Assembly (NCBI GenBank): GCA_963758295.1
Contig: CAVWUU010000003.1
Span: forward strand, 224,001-288,000
Origin: Candidatus Eremiobacteria bacterium
GTDB taxonomy: Bacteria > Vulcanimicrobiota > Vulcanimicrobiia > Vulcanimicrobiales > Vulcanimicrobiaceae
Reading direction: 5' to 3'
Length of the DNA stretch: 64,000 nucleotides
This document shows positions 16,617 to 27,093 of this stretch, one piece after another. Below the pieces are notes generated by a model. The model searched no databases, had not been told where the DNA came from, and saw only the letters and a program-made list of their open reading frames with translations. Position numbers and translations under genes: made by a program. Numbering within the stretch: position 1 is the stretch's first letter; every line of letters starts with the position of its first letter.

Positions 16617-18392
16617 GTGAACACAAGCGATTTCCTGATGCAGCGCCTGATCGATTGGGGCGTCACGCGGATCTACGGATATCCCGGCGACGGCATCAAC
16701 GGCATAATGGGTGCTTTCGACCGCATCGACGGCAAGATTCAGTTCATTCAAGTGCGGCACGAAGAAATGGCCGCTTTCATGGCATGCGCGCATGCGAAGT
16801 TTACGGACGAAGCGGGCGTTTGTATGGCCACGTCCGGTCCGGGCGCGATTCATCTGCTCAATGGATTGTACGACGCAAAGATGGATCACGTGCCTGTCGT
16901 CGCTATCGTGGGCCAGGCATCCACGACCGCGCTTGGCGGGTCGTACCAGCAGGAAGTCGATTTACAACAACTCTTCGAGGACGTCGCAGATTACGTCTAC
17001 ACTGTCGCGAGCCCGATGGCATTACGGCACGTCGTCGATCGCGCGTTTCGCGTAGCGCACGGGTATCGGGCCGTAACCGTCGTCATCGTACCGAAAGACA
17101 TTCAAGAAGAAAAGTATGTCGATCCGCCGCACAAGCACAACACGCTTCATTCAAGCGTCGGACTTGCAAAACCGGTGATCGTACCCCAGCGCACCGATCT
17201 CGCGGCCGCAGCCGAAATTTTAAACGGCGGCGAGCGTGTGGCGATGCTCGTGGGCGCCGGCTGCCTGAATGCAACCGACGAAGTGCTGCAGGTCGCGAAC
17301 CGGCTGGGCGCCGGAATTGCAACGGCGCTTCTTGGAAAGGCCGCCGTTCCAAACGATCTTCCGTACGTAACCGGCACGATCGGCTTGCTCGGAACGGCTC
17401 CGAGCTTTGAGATGATGGAGCACTGCGACACGCTGTTGATGGTGGGCACCACGTTTCCGTACGCCGAGTTTCTTCCGAAGGAAGGCAAAGCTCGCGGCAT
17501 TCAAATCGATATCGACCCGAAGAATCTCGGATTGCGCTTTCCCACTGAACTGAATCTGGTCGGCGACGCAGGGGCAACATTGCGCGAACTGCTTCCATAC
17601 TTGGACGACAAGACCGACCGCTCGTGGCGCAACCGGCTAGAAAAAAGCAAAGAAAAATGGATAAAGTCCGAAGAAGCGCGCGCTCAGGTGACGGCCGACC
17701 CGATGAACCCGCAGATGGTGTTCGTCGAGCTCAACAAGCATTTGCCGGACGACGCTATCTTAACCGGCGATGCAGGAACGGCGACTAATTGGTACGCCCG
17801 CAACGTGATGCTGCGCCGCGGGATGAAAGGGTCGCTCTCCGGCGGCCTTGCAACCATGGGAAGCGCCGTACCTTACGCTATTGCGGCCAAATTCGCTTTT
17901 CCCGACCGTGTGCCGATTGCTTGTACCGGTGACGGAGCCATGCAGATGAATGGGCTCGCGGAGCTGCTTACAGTCCGCAAGTATATGGATCAATGGGCCG
18001 ACAAACGCTTGATCTTCATTGTCTTGAATAACGACGATTTGAATCAGGTGACGTGGGAGATGCGAATCATGAGCGGCGACCCGAAGTTCGACGCGTCCCA
18101 AGACCTGCCGAAGTTTTCGTACGCCCAGTATGCCGACCAAATCGGCCTGATGGGTATACGGGTCGAATCGGTGGACGAACTTGCCGACGCTTGGGAGCGC
18201 GCGTTTTCTGCGGACCGGCCGGTCGTATTCGATGCGCACGTATCTCCAAATATTGCGCAGCTTCCGCCACACATTACATTCGAAGAAGCACATAAGTACT
18301 TCTCCGCGCTCGTTAAAGGCGATCCTAAAGAAGCCAGTATCATCAAGGAATCCATCAAGAGCGTCGTTGCGGGCGTAATTCCGCACGAATGA
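16617..18392 (+). CDS. Thiamine pyrophosphate-requiring protein, pyruvate oxidase/dehydrogenase (PoxB) family
   Basis: YGYPGDGING, VRHEEMAAF, TSGPGAIHLLNGLYDA, GDGAMQM...NN TPP motif. Confidence 0.9.
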   Translation: MNTSDFLMQRLIDWGVTRIYGYPGDGINGIMGAFDRIDGKIQFIQVRHEEMAAFMACAHAKFTDEAGVCMATSGPGAIHLLNGLYDAKMDHVPVVAIVGQASTTALGGSYQQEVDLQQLFEDVADYVYTVASPMALRHVVDRAFRVAHGYRAVTVVIVPKDIQEEKYVDPPHKHNTLHSSVGLAKPVIVPQRTDLAAAAEILNGGERVAMLVGAGCLNATDEVLQVANRLGAGIATALLGKAAVPNDLPYVTGTIGLLGTAPSFEMMEHCDTLLMVGTTFPYAEFLPKEGKARGIQIDIDPKNLGLRFPTELNLVGDAGATLRELLPYLDDKTDRSWRNRLEKSKEKWIKSEEARAQVTADPMNPQMVFVELNKHLPDDAILTGDAGTATNWYARNVMLRRGMKGSLSGGLATMGSAVPYAIAAKFAFPDRVPIACTGDGAMQMNGLAELLTVRKYMDQWADKRLIFIVLNNDDLNQVTWEMRIMSGDPKFDASQDLPKFSYAQYADQIGLMGIRVESVDELADAWERAFSADRPVVFDAHVSPNIAQLPPHITFEEAHKYFSALVKGDPKEASIIKESIKSVVAGVIPHE

Positions 18393-19486
18393 GCAGTACG
18401 GTTCCGATCGAGGCGGTCGACGTTTCGATCTACCGCGTTCCGACGGACGGCGGTCCCGAATCCGACGGGACCGCGGTCTGGGACGCGACGACGATGGTGT
18501 TCGTTGAAGTTCGCGCCGGCGGAAAGACCGGTATCGGGTACTCCTATGCCGATCGCGCCACGGCGGACGTGATTCGTGACGACTTTCGCGACTTGCTGAC
18601 AGGATGCGATGCGCTGGAAACCGGCAAACGCTTTGCGGACATGCAAGCCAAGATCCGGAATATGGGACGCGACGGGATCACCTCTATGGCCATCTCCGCC
18701 GTTGACATCGCGCTTTGGGACCTCAAAGGAAAGCATTTCGATGCGCCGGTCTGCACGCTGCTCGGGACCGCGCGAAGCGCCGCACCGCTCTACGGCAGCG
18801 GCGGATTCACATCTTATACGGTGGACCGATTGCGCGAGCAGCTTTCCGGCTGGGTGAACGACGGCATTCCGCGCGTCAAAATGAAGGTTGGAAGAAGCCC
18901 CGCCGATGACGTGGATCGCGTGAAGAAAGCGCGCGACGCGATTGGCAAGGACGCGGAATTATTCGTCGATGCGAACGGCGCTTATTCGCGTAAACAAGCA
19001 CTACGAATCGCCGAAATATTTGCAGATGCGAACGTGAGCTGGTTCGAGGAGCCGGTGTATCATCAAGACTTCGAAGGCTTGCGCCAAATTCGCGAGCGCG
19101 CTCCTGCATGTATGGACGTAGCATCCGGCGAGTATGGATACGGCCTGTATCACTTCTGGCGAATGCTCACCGCCGAAACGGTCGATTGTCTACAGGCCGA
19201 CGCGTCGCGCTGCGGCGGGTTCACCGGCCTGCTGGCCGTTGACGGGCTGTGCCAGACGGCCATGATGCCGCTGTCGACGCACTGCGCACCGCATCTGCAA
19301 CTCCACGCCGCTCTCGCATGCAAGATGTTGCGGCATATGGAGTTCTTTTACGATCACGTGCGGATCGAGCGAATGCTGTTCGAGGGCGTTGCACCGCCGA
19401 TAGACGGCGCACTCGAGCCCGATCTGACCCGTCCCGGCATCGGTCTCGAATTGAAGCGCGCCGACGCGGCGCGATATGCAATCTAA
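18389..19486 (+). CDS. Mandelate racemase/muconate lactonizing enzyme family enolase
   Basis: SAVDIALWDL, KMKVG, VDANG, WFEEP, GE, HC. Confidence 0.88.
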   Translation: MSSTVPIEAVDVSIYRVPTDGGPESDGTAVWDATTMVFVEVRAGGKTGIGYSYADRATADVIRDDFRDLLTGCDALETGKRFADMQAKIRNMGRDGITSMAISAVDIALWDLKGKHFDAPVCTLLGTARSAAPLYGSGGFTSYTVDRLREQLSGWVNDGIPRVKMKVGRSPADDVDRVKKARDAIGKDAELFVDANGAYSRKQALRIAEIFADANVSWFEEPVYHQDFEGLRQIRERAPACMDVASGEYGYGLYHFWRMLTAETVDCLQADASRCGGFTGLLAVDGLCQTAMMPLSTHCAPHLQLHAALACKMLRHMEFFYDHVRIERMLFEGVAPPIDGALEPDLTRPGIGLELKRADAARYAI

Positions 19487-19513
19487 ATCAATTTTCAAAG
19501 GGCAACAAGGTCG

Positions 19514-22500
19514 ATGATCAAGATTTTAGGCACGGTCGAGTCGCGGCGTGGCGCGGCGAACGGTTCCTCCCCCATTCCGACGGATCGCCGTGATGCCGTC
19601 AACGCACCGGCCGATGAGAACACCGAGTTGCTGGAAGCGGCGCTACGCGCTGCCGTCCGCGGTGAAGTCCGGTTCGACCGGGGAACGCGGGCGATGTATG
19701 CGACGGATGCGTCGAATTACCGGCAAGTGCCGATCGGCGTGGTAATACCGCGCGACTCGGATGACGTTGTGGCCGCCATCGCCGTCTGCCGGCGGTTCAG
19801 CGCGCCGATCGTTTCACGCGGCGGCGGAACGAGCCTCGCCGGGGAAACGTGCAATGCCGCCGTTGTCATCGACTTCAGCAAGTACATGAATGCCATCGTC
19901 GAGATCGACTGGGCCGGTAAAAAAGCGCGCGTGCAACCGGGATTGGTGAATGACGATCTGCGCGACAAGGCCGAAGAACGGCATCTGACGTGGGGGCCCG
20001 ATCCGGCCACGCACAACCGCAATACCTTCGGCGGCATGCTGGGCAACAACTCGTGCGGCATGCACGCACAGATGGCAGGCAAGGCCGAAGACAACACTGA
20101 GGAACTGGAGATCGTCACGTACGACGGCCTCCGGATGCGCGTCGGTAAAACGCCCGACGAAGATCTAGAGCGAATCATTGCCGAAGGGGGCCGCCGCGGC
20201 GAAATTTACTCGAAGCTGAAAGCGCTGCGCGATCGGTACGCCGATTTGATTCGAAAGCGCTTCCCGGATATTCCTCGCCGCGTCTCGGGCTTCGCGATCG
20301 ACCAGCTGCTGCCGGAAAACGGCTTCGACGTTGCGCGAGCCCTGGTGGGTTCCGAAGGCACGTGCGTCACGATCACCGAGGCGACGGTCCGCCTCGTGCA
20401 CAGCCCGCCGTGCCGCGCGCTCGCGCTCTTCGGGTTTTCCGATATTGCGACGGCCGCCGATCACGTACCGTTTTGCAACGAGCACGGACCGATTGCGCTC
20501 GAAGGTCTGGACGAGTCGATGTTCCGGTACATGCACGATAAAGGCGAATCGACGAAGAGCCGCTCGATGTTCCCTGACGGAAACGCTTGGCTCATTGTCG
20601 AGTTCGGCGGCGAAAGCGCCGATGAAGCCGACGGAAAAGCCAACGCGCTGGCCGAGGCCTTTAAAAAGAACAGCGATCCGCCGAGCTATAAGCTTATTGA
20701 AAAAGACGATGAAGAGCAGCGTCTGTGGGCCCTACGCGACAACGGCCTCGGCGCTACGTCGAAGATTCCGAACGAGCCGGATTTTTATCCCGGCTGGGAA
20801 GATTCCGCGGTCGATCCCAAAGAGCTCGGCGACTACTTACGCGACTTCCAGAAGCTCATGGATGAATTCGGCTATGTGGCTTCGCTTTACGGGCATTTCG
20901 GTCAGGGCTGCCTGCATTGCAGCATCAATTTTGATTTGTTCACGGCCGAAGGCATCGCACGCTACCGGCAGTTCGTAACAAAAGCCGCCCATTTGTGCGT
21001 GAAATACGGCGGTTCGCTATCGGGCGAGCATGGCGATGGTCAGGCGCGCGGCGAGCTCTTGTCGATTATGTACGGCGACGACCTTTGCCAAGCGTTCTGG
21101 GACTTCAAAAAGATCTGGGATCCCGATGAAAAGATGAACCCGGGCAAGGTCGTGCATCCCTATAAGCTTGATGAGAACTTACGCTGGGGCGTCAACTACG
21201 AACCGTGGGATCCGCCGACGCACTTCCATTTCACCGAAGATAAGGGCAGCTTCGCTTTTGCCGCTAATCGCTGCGTCGGCACCGGCAAATGCCGCAAACA
21301 CGACTCCGGAACCATGTGCCCAAGTTACATGGCAACGAAAGAAGAATCGTACTCAACGCGCGGACGCGCGCGGCTGCTCTTTGAAATGCTGCAGGGCAAT
21401 CCGCTCGAGAACGGTTGGCGCAATGAAGCGGTAAAGGACGCGCTCGAGTTTTGCCTTGCGTGCAAAGGCTGCAAGGGCGAGTGTCCCGTTAACGTCGATA
21501 TGGCGACCTACAAAGCGGAATTTTTATCGCACTATTACGACGGACGCATCCGCCCGCGCAACGCGTATGCATTTGGGCTAATGTACTGGTGGGCGAAGGT
21601 TGCGGCGCTCGCGCCGGGTGTCGCCAATATGGCAGCGCAAACGCCGGGCTTGAATTGGATCGCTAAGCGGCTTACCGGGATGGCGCCGCAACGGCGCATT
21701 CCGACGTTCGCGCCTCAAACGTTCCGCGCGTGGTTCAAAGCGCGTGGCGAGCGCAATGTCGGAAAATCGAAAGTCCTTCTTTGGCCTGACACCTGGAACA
21801 ATCACTTTCACCCCACGACCGCCATGGCCGCCGTCGAAGTCCTGGAAGATGCCGGTTTCCACGTAACGATTCCTAAGACGCAACTCTGCTGCGGCCGGCC
21901 GCTGTACGACTACGGCATGCTGGACCTTGCAAAAGAACTGCTGATTCGTACGCTCGATTCCCTTCGCGACGAGATTCGCGCCGGTACGCCGGTCGTGGGA
22001 CTGGAACCGAGTTGCGTTTCCGTCTTTCGCGATGAAATGGTCGATCTGCTCGGGGACGATCAAGACGCTTCCCGGCTGAAATCGCAGACCTTTCTCTTCA
22101 CGGAGTTTCTCGAGAAGGCCGCACCCGACTATGCACCGCCTAAACTTCAAGGCAAAGCGATCGTTCATCAGCACTGTCATCACAAGTCCGTTCTAAACAA
22201 GGCGAGCGAAGAAGCGGTATTCAAGCGTACCGGGCTCGACTTCAAAGTGCTGGACGACGGCTGCTGCGGAATGGCGGGAGCGTTCGGGTTCGAGGAGACG
22301 CATTACGACGTTTCTCTCGCGGTCGGCGAACGCGGACTTCTCCCGGCGGTGCGCGGCGCGGCGGACCAAACGATCCTTGTTGCCGACGGATTCAGCTGTC
22401 GCGAGCAAATCGCGCAAACCACCGACCGGCTTGCCCTGCATCCGGCGCAGGTGTTGAAGCTTGCGATCGATCAGCGGGGCGAAGCGTTGACGGACGCGCG

Positions 22501-22636
22501 GCCGGAACGGCGCTACATGGACGATCCGCGTGAAAGCGCGCGGAAGGCCGCCCGCGCGGGAACGGTCGCGGCCGCGGCCGCCGTGGCGATCTCACTCGTT
22601 GGTATTGCAGCGTTCATGCGAAGGAAACGAGGCTGA
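19514..22636 (+). CDS. FAD-binding and 4Fe-4S oxidoreductase (GlcD/GlcF fusion, YdiJ-like) with a C-terminal TM anchor
   Basis: RGGGTSLAG, NNSCG, SGEHGDG, MNPGK, CVGTGKC, CLACKGCKGECP, CCG domains. Confidence 0.9.
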   Translation: MIKILGTVESRRGAANGSSPIPTDRRDAVNAPADENTELLEAALRAAVRGEVRFDRGTRAMYATDASNYRQVPIGVVIPRDSDDVVAAIAVCRRFSAPIVSRGGGTSLAGETCNAAVVIDFSKYMNAIVEIDWAGKKARVQPGLVNDDLRDKAEERHLTWGPDPATHNRNTFGGMLGNNSCGMHAQMAGKAEDNTEELEIVTYDGLRMRVGKTPDEDLERIIAEGGRRGEIYSKLKALRDRYADLIRKRFPDIPRRVSGFAIDQLLPENGFDVARALVGSEGTCVTITEATVRLVHSPPCRALALFGFSDIATAADHVPFCNEHGPIALEGLDESMFRYMHDKGESTKSRSMFPDGNAWLIVEFGGESADEADGKANALAEAFKKNSDPPSYKLIEKDDEEQRLWALRDNGLGATSKIPNEPDFYPGWEDSAVDPKELGDYLRDFQKLMDEFGYVASLYGHFGQGCLHCSINFDLFTAEGIARYRQFVTKAAHLCVKYGGSLSGEHGDGQARGELLSIMYGDDLCQAFWDFKKIWDPDEKMNPGKVVHPYKLDENLRWGVNYEPWDPPTHFHFTEDKGSFAFAANRCVGTGKCRKHDSGTMCPSYMATKEESYSTRGRARLLFEMLQGNPLENGWRNEAVKDALEFCLACKGCKGECPVNVDMATYKAEFLSHYYDGRIRPRNAYAFGLMYWWAKVAALAPGVANMAAQTPGLNWIAKRLTGMAPQRRIPTFAPQTFRAWFKARGERNVGKSKVLLWPDTWNNHFHPTTAMAAVEVLEDAGFHVTIPKTQLCCGRPLYDYGMLDLAKELLIRTLDSLRDEIRAGTPVVGLEPSCVSVFRDEMVDLLGDDQDASRLKSQTFLFTEFLEKAAPDYAPPKLQGKAIVHQHCHHKSVLNKASEEAVFKRTGLDFKVLDDGCCGMAGAFGFEETHYDVSLAVGERGLLPAVRGAADQTILVADGFSCREQIAQTTDRLALHPAQVLKLAIDQRGEALTDARPERRYMDDPRESARKAARAGTVAAAAAVAISLVGIAAFMRRKRG

Positions 22637-23910
22637 TGCCGCATGTCGTTATTTTGGGCGGCGGCTTTGCCGGATTCTCCGCGGCACGCGAGTTCGAGCG
22701 CCGGCGCGCGCGCGTCAAAGATCTTCGCGTGACGCTGATCGACCGGAACAATTTCATGCTCTTCACGCCCATGCTTCCCGAAGCCGCCACCGGATCGGTC
22801 GAGATCCGGCATATCACCGAGCCCTTTCGAGCAAGTCTGCATAACGTGGAATTCGAGCTCGGCGATGTGTTGGGGATCGACGAGGGCGAACGCTCGGTGC
22901 ATGTTACGCACCCCCTTACGCGTGATACGCGCTCGATCCGGTACGACGAGCTGGTGTTCGCGTTGGGGTCAACGCCCTCAACCATGGGCGTTGCGGGCGT
23001 TGAGCGATGCACGATCCCGCTTCGAAGCGTGCACGACGCCGAACGCGTACGCAACGCGGTGCTCGGTTCGATCGAAGTCGCGGCGCAAACCTCCGACATT
23101 TCAGAACGCGACCGCCTGTTGCGATTCGTGATTGTCGGCGGCGGTTTTACCGGAGTCGAAGCCGCAGGCGAGCTCACTGCGTTCATCCACGCGATCTTAA
23201 AGTACTACGCGATCGAAGAGCGCGCGGTAGAGATCGTGCTTGTGCAAGCTGAAAAGCGCCTTTTGCCGCATCTTCCCGAGCGCTTTGGAAAGTATGCGGC
23301 GCGCTCGCTGCACGACCGCGGCGTGCGCATACTTCTGGGAAAAGAAGTCGACAGCGTCGATCCCGGGGGCGTGGAACTCAAGGGCGGCGAGCGTATCGAG
23401 AGCCGGACGATTCTGTGGGATGCCGGGGTGGAGCCTTCGCCGGTCGTTAAGCGGCTCGGTTTAAAGACAAGCTCGCACGCGGCAATAGAAGTCGAGCGCG
23501 ATTTGTCGGTTCCTGGGCACGCACATCTGTGGGCGATCGGCGATTGCGCCGCCGTGCCCCGCAAGAGCGGTGGTACGTATGCGCCGCTTGCACAAAATGC
23601 CGTTCGCGAAGGCCCGCTGTTGGCACGCAACGTGATCTCCAGGCTTCGAGGGCGATCGACAAAAGCGTTTTCGTACAAAGAGCTTGGGCAGATGGCGTCT
23701 CTAGGCAACCGCCAAGCATTAGCCGAGCTTCCGGGGCGCAAGATGTTGACCGGACTCCCCGCTTGGTTCTTGTGGCGTAGTTATTACCTTAGCCGCGTGC
23801 CCGGCGCGGGACGCAAGACGCGCGTCGCCTTGGACTGGACGCTCGGTCTCGCGTTCCCGCCGGAACTCGCGCGGCTTCCCATGATGGAGCGAGATGAGAC
23901 TCAACGATAA
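22636..23910 (+). CDS. Type II NAD(P)H:quinone oxidoreductase (NDH-2 family)
   Basis: GGGFAG, FTPML, GGGFTGVEAAGE, AIGDCA, AQNA. Confidence 0.88.
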   Translation: MPHVVILGGGFAGFSAAREFERRRARVKDLRVTLIDRNNFMLFTPMLPEAATGSVEIRHITEPFRASLHNVEFELGDVLGIDEGERSVHVTHPLTRDTRSIRYDELVFALGSTPSTMGVAGVERCTIPLRSVHDAERVRNAVLGSIEVAAQTSDISERDRLLRFVIVGGGFTGVEAAGELTAFIHAILKYYAIEERAVEIVLVQAEKRLLPHLPERFGKYAARSLHDRGVRILLGKEVDSVDPGGVELKGGERIESRTILWDAGVEPSPVVKRLGLKTSSHAAIEVERDLSVPGHAHLWAIGDCAAVPRKSGGTYAPLAQNAVREGPLLARNVISRLRGRSTKAFSYKELGQMASLGNRQALAELPGRKMLTGLPAWFLWRSYYLSRVPGAGRKTRVALDWTLGLAFPPELARLPMMERDETQR

Positions 23911-24661
23911 AGTAGCGATCGTGACGGGCGGCGATACGGGAATCGGTAAAGCGATTTCGCTTGCATTCGCGCAAGAGGGCGCGCGTGTCGTCATCGATTA
24001 TTTCGGTAACGAACAGCCCGCCGCAACGCTGGTGGACCGCATCGAAAACTTCGGCGGGCGCGCGCATGCGATTGCAGCCGACGTTTCAAAAGCCGATGAA
24101 GTCGACGAACTCATCAAGGGAACCCTCAAACACTTCGGCGCGCTCGACATTTTGGTGAACAACGCAGGGATCGAACAAAAACACCCATTCCTCGAGATGC
24201 CGCTTGAGGTCTGGAACAAAGTTATCGACGTAAATCTCACCGGTCCGTGGCTATGCTCGCAGGCGGCGGCGAAGCAGATGGTGCGGCAAAAGCGAGGGGG
24301 ACGTATCATCAACATTTCGTCCATTCACGAAGAGCTTGCTATGCCGACCAACGCGCCCTACTGCGCGTCGAAGGGAGGCTTGCGAATGTTGATGCGAACG
24401 ATTGCCGTAGAGCTTGCGGCGCATGCGATCACCGTAAACGACGTCTGCCCAGGAGCGGTTGACACGCCAATGGACGAGCCGCTGAAGCGCGACAAGAAGG
24501 AGTACGATGCGTTGATTGGCGAGATTCCGCTGCGCCGCATGGCGAAGCCGGAAGAAATTGCCGAACTCTGCGTCTTTCTCGCGTCTGATACCGCCGCATA
24601 TATTACCGGGGCTTCCTATGTCATCGACGGCGGTATGACCAAACAATCGGGCAGCCTATGA
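23894..24661 (+). CDS. SDR oxidoreductase, glucose 1-dehydrogenase-like
   Basis: TGGDTGIG, NNAG, SSIHE, YCASKGG. Confidence 0.88.
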   Translation: MRLNDKVAIVTGGDTGIGKAISLAFAQEGARVVIDYFGNEQPAATLVDRIENFGGRAHAIAADVSKADEVDELIKGTLKHFGALDILVNNAGIEQKHPFLEMPLEVWNKVIDVNLTGPWLCSQAAAKQMVRQKRGGRIINISSIHEELAMPTNAPYCASKGGLRMLMRTIAVELAAHAITVNDVCPGAVDTPMDEPLKRDKKEYDALIGEIPLRRMAKPEEIAELCVFLASDTAAYITGASYVIDGGMTKQSGSL

Positions 24662-27093
24662 TCGCGAAAATCACCGGCTCCGGCGAGCGCATTACAACCT
24701 ATGAAGTCGAAGACACGCAAATGGCGACGGGCAGTACGCTCGGGTCGCCGGTTGGCGTCATCGAGATAAAAGCTAACGGCTCGATCAAGAAATTCTATTC
24801 GGCGGACGCGGGGCAGGTGCTCATTGCGGGAATGCAGGTGCGCTTTTGGGACGACCGTTCCGGCGTAACTCTCGGAGCCCTTCCCGGCGAGTTTATCATC
24901 CATCCCGACCGTCAAGAGCACATTTTCGAACTTACGAACGGGATCGTAGTTCACGAAAGCGTGTTTATTTTAAACGGGCCGCCCGAACTGCATCAGGCCG
25001 ATCCGTTAATCGCGTACTACTCCGTGAAAATGTCCAACAATACGGGTCGCGACGTTAGCATCGATTCGATTGCCGCGGCCGACATGCGTGGGGGCACGCT
25101 CCCCGACGTTCGCGTTCGGTATGATGCGAGGCTCGAAGCGTTCGTGGCCGACAATAAAGGCTTGCCCGAATTTGCGCGAGCTTTTGGAAGTTCGCGGCGC
25201 CCGACCAGCTGGGAACTGACGCACGACCACGGCAAATGCAGTCGTCCGGCGTTTCCGGGAAAGCTTCCTAACTGCGTGACTCGCGAACAAGGCGAAGAGT
25301 TTATCGCCTTGCTGCATCACCATCACCGGCTGAAGAACGCAAGCGAAGTGGAGGTGACCTACGTCTTGGCCGGTTCTTCCAAGGGGACCCGCGGCGCACG
25401 CAACGTCTACGCAGGCGCGCCGAGCGTCTCCGAAGCGTTGAAACGCACGCGCGCGCGGTATCACATGATTCTGAATCGTGCGGTCGTGATGACGCCGAAC
25501 CAGGAAGTCAACCGCGGCGTGCTCTGGGCCAAGGCCAACATGCTGCGTACGCAATTGCTGGCGCCGACCGGCTGGTGCTTCGTCAATGACCCGACTCGAT
25601 CGAACAACAGTGTCGGCCGCGATACCGCGTGGTTCGCGTTTGGCTCCGACTACGTGATGCCCGACTTTTCGCGCGAGTCGCTGCTCTGGTATATCGAGCA
25701 TCTGGAGAAACGCGGAATGGTCGTCGAATACTACGACGTTCGCAACGGAAAAGCGGAAGATTACGGCCTGAACATCAACGATAACACGCCGCTGATTATC
25801 TTGGCGGCGTGGCATCATTACAACGCGACCGGCAACGAAGGGTTCCTCAGGCGAATCTACCGGCCGTGTAAGCGCGCTGCGGAATACATTCTCTCGCAAC
25901 AGAACGAACTCGGACTTGTGTGGTGCACGGCCAACGCGACTTCGGACTGGGGCATCGTCGGTTGGCGTAACGTTATCCAGGGGTATCGCCTGAGCGGCGC
26001 GACGACGGAAGTGAATTCGGAATGCTATGCGGCACTCTCGGCCGTAAGCAAAATGGCTGCCCGGTTGCATAAGGAGAAGGACGCCGACTTTTTCCGTCAT
26101 CGGGCCGACTCGCTACGCGTCGCAATCAACAAGCATTTGCTCGATCCGGAAACCGGCCTTTATTATCTGAATATCGACATCGACGGATCGAAGCGCTCCG
26201 ACGTTACGTGCGATCTTGTATTTCCGGTGATGTTCGGCGTAGCGGAGCGTGAAACGGCGGCCCAGATCGTGAGCCGCTTGAGCATGGACGCGTTTTGGAC
26301 GGACGCCGGTATGCGAACGGTTCCGCGCGATGATATCGACTACGGTCCGACGCACGGGTACGGGCTTCTCGGCGGTGTCTGGGTCGGCGTAGCCTTCTGG
26401 TATGCGTTCGCCGCTTCGAGGTTCAACCCGGACTTCATGGCCTCGTCATTGAGTGAAAGTTTCAAGCATTACTCGCGCGACCCGCGGCGGAACAACACCG
26501 TGCCCGGACAGTTTTCCGAGTGGCTGCATGGCGAAACGCTTACTAATCAAGGCATGATGCTCTCGCCTTGGTTTCCGCCTCGCTATTTGTGGGCGGCCAT
26601 CGAAGGGGCTGCGGGCTTGGATCTCTCCGGCGACGAGCCAAGCTGTAACCCGCACCTGGCTCCCGAATGGCGCTGGCTCGGCGTTCGGAACCTGCGGTTT
26701 CGCGGAAGCTTTGTTTCCTGGTTCGTGGTCCGCGCACCGGAACCCATTATGTTCGCCACCTTCCGTTTCGGGCACTCGATGGAGTATCACGCTTACGACG
26801 AAGATGTGACGGACGGGCTGCTGCAAGTGGTTGGCGACGACGTAACGGCGATTGCGATGCGGCGAGACGGTCAGCTTGTAGTCTTCATTGGGAATACGGC
26901 GGATCGCACGGTGACGACTTCGCTTCAGTTTCTCCAGAAGCTCAGCGGAACCATGAGTGCTCGCTTTTATAGCAGCCTGCGAGGCGAATGGATTGAACGA
27001 GCGGTTACCGGCGACGAACTATTCCGCGGCATTCCGATTCAAATCGACCGCAAAGGCTTTTCGGTAATCGAGTTGCGGAGGCATTATGAATGA
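24658..27093 (+). CDS. (alpha/alpha)6 glycoside hydrolase, amylo-alpha-1,6-glucosidase-like
   Basis: GRDTAW motif, D.TPL, GGVW, GQFSEW; 811 aa. Confidence 0.7.
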   Translation: MIAKITGSGERITTYEVEDTQMATGSTLGSPVGVIEIKANGSIKKFYSADAGQVLIAGMQVRFWDDRSGVTLGALPGEFIIHPDRQEHIFELTNGIVVHESVFILNGPPELHQADPLIAYYSVKMSNNTGRDVSIDSIAAADMRGGTLPDVRVRYDARLEAFVADNKGLPEFARAFGSSRRPTSWELTHDHGKCSRPAFPGKLPNCVTREQGEEFIALLHHHHRLKNASEVEVTYVLAGSSKGTRGARNVYAGAPSVSEALKRTRARYHMILNRAVVMTPNQEVNRGVLWAKANMLRTQLLAPTGWCFVNDPTRSNNSVGRDTAWFAFGSDYVMPDFSRESLLWYIEHLEKRGMVVEYYDVRNGKAEDYGLNINDNTPLIILAAWHHYNATGNEGFLRRIYRPCKRAAEYILSQQNELGLVWCTANATSDWGIVGWRNVIQGYRLSGATTEVNSECYAALSAVSKMAARLHKEKDADFFRHRADSLRVAINKHLLDPETGLYYLNIDIDGSKRSDVTCDLVFPVMFGVAERETAAQIVSRLSMDAFWTDAGMRTVPRDDIDYGPTHGYGLLGGVWVGVAFWYAFAASRFNPDFMASSLSESFKHYSRDPRRNNTVPGQFSEWLHGETLTNQGMMLSPWFPPRYLWAAIEGAAGLDLSGDEPSCNPHLAPEWRWLGVRNLRFRGSFVSWFVVRAPEPIMFATFRFGHSMEYHAYDEDVTDGLLQVVGDDVTAIAMRRDGQLVVFIGNTADRTVTTSLQFLQKLSGTMSARFYSSLRGEWIERAVTGDELFRGIPIQIDRKGFSVIELRRHYE

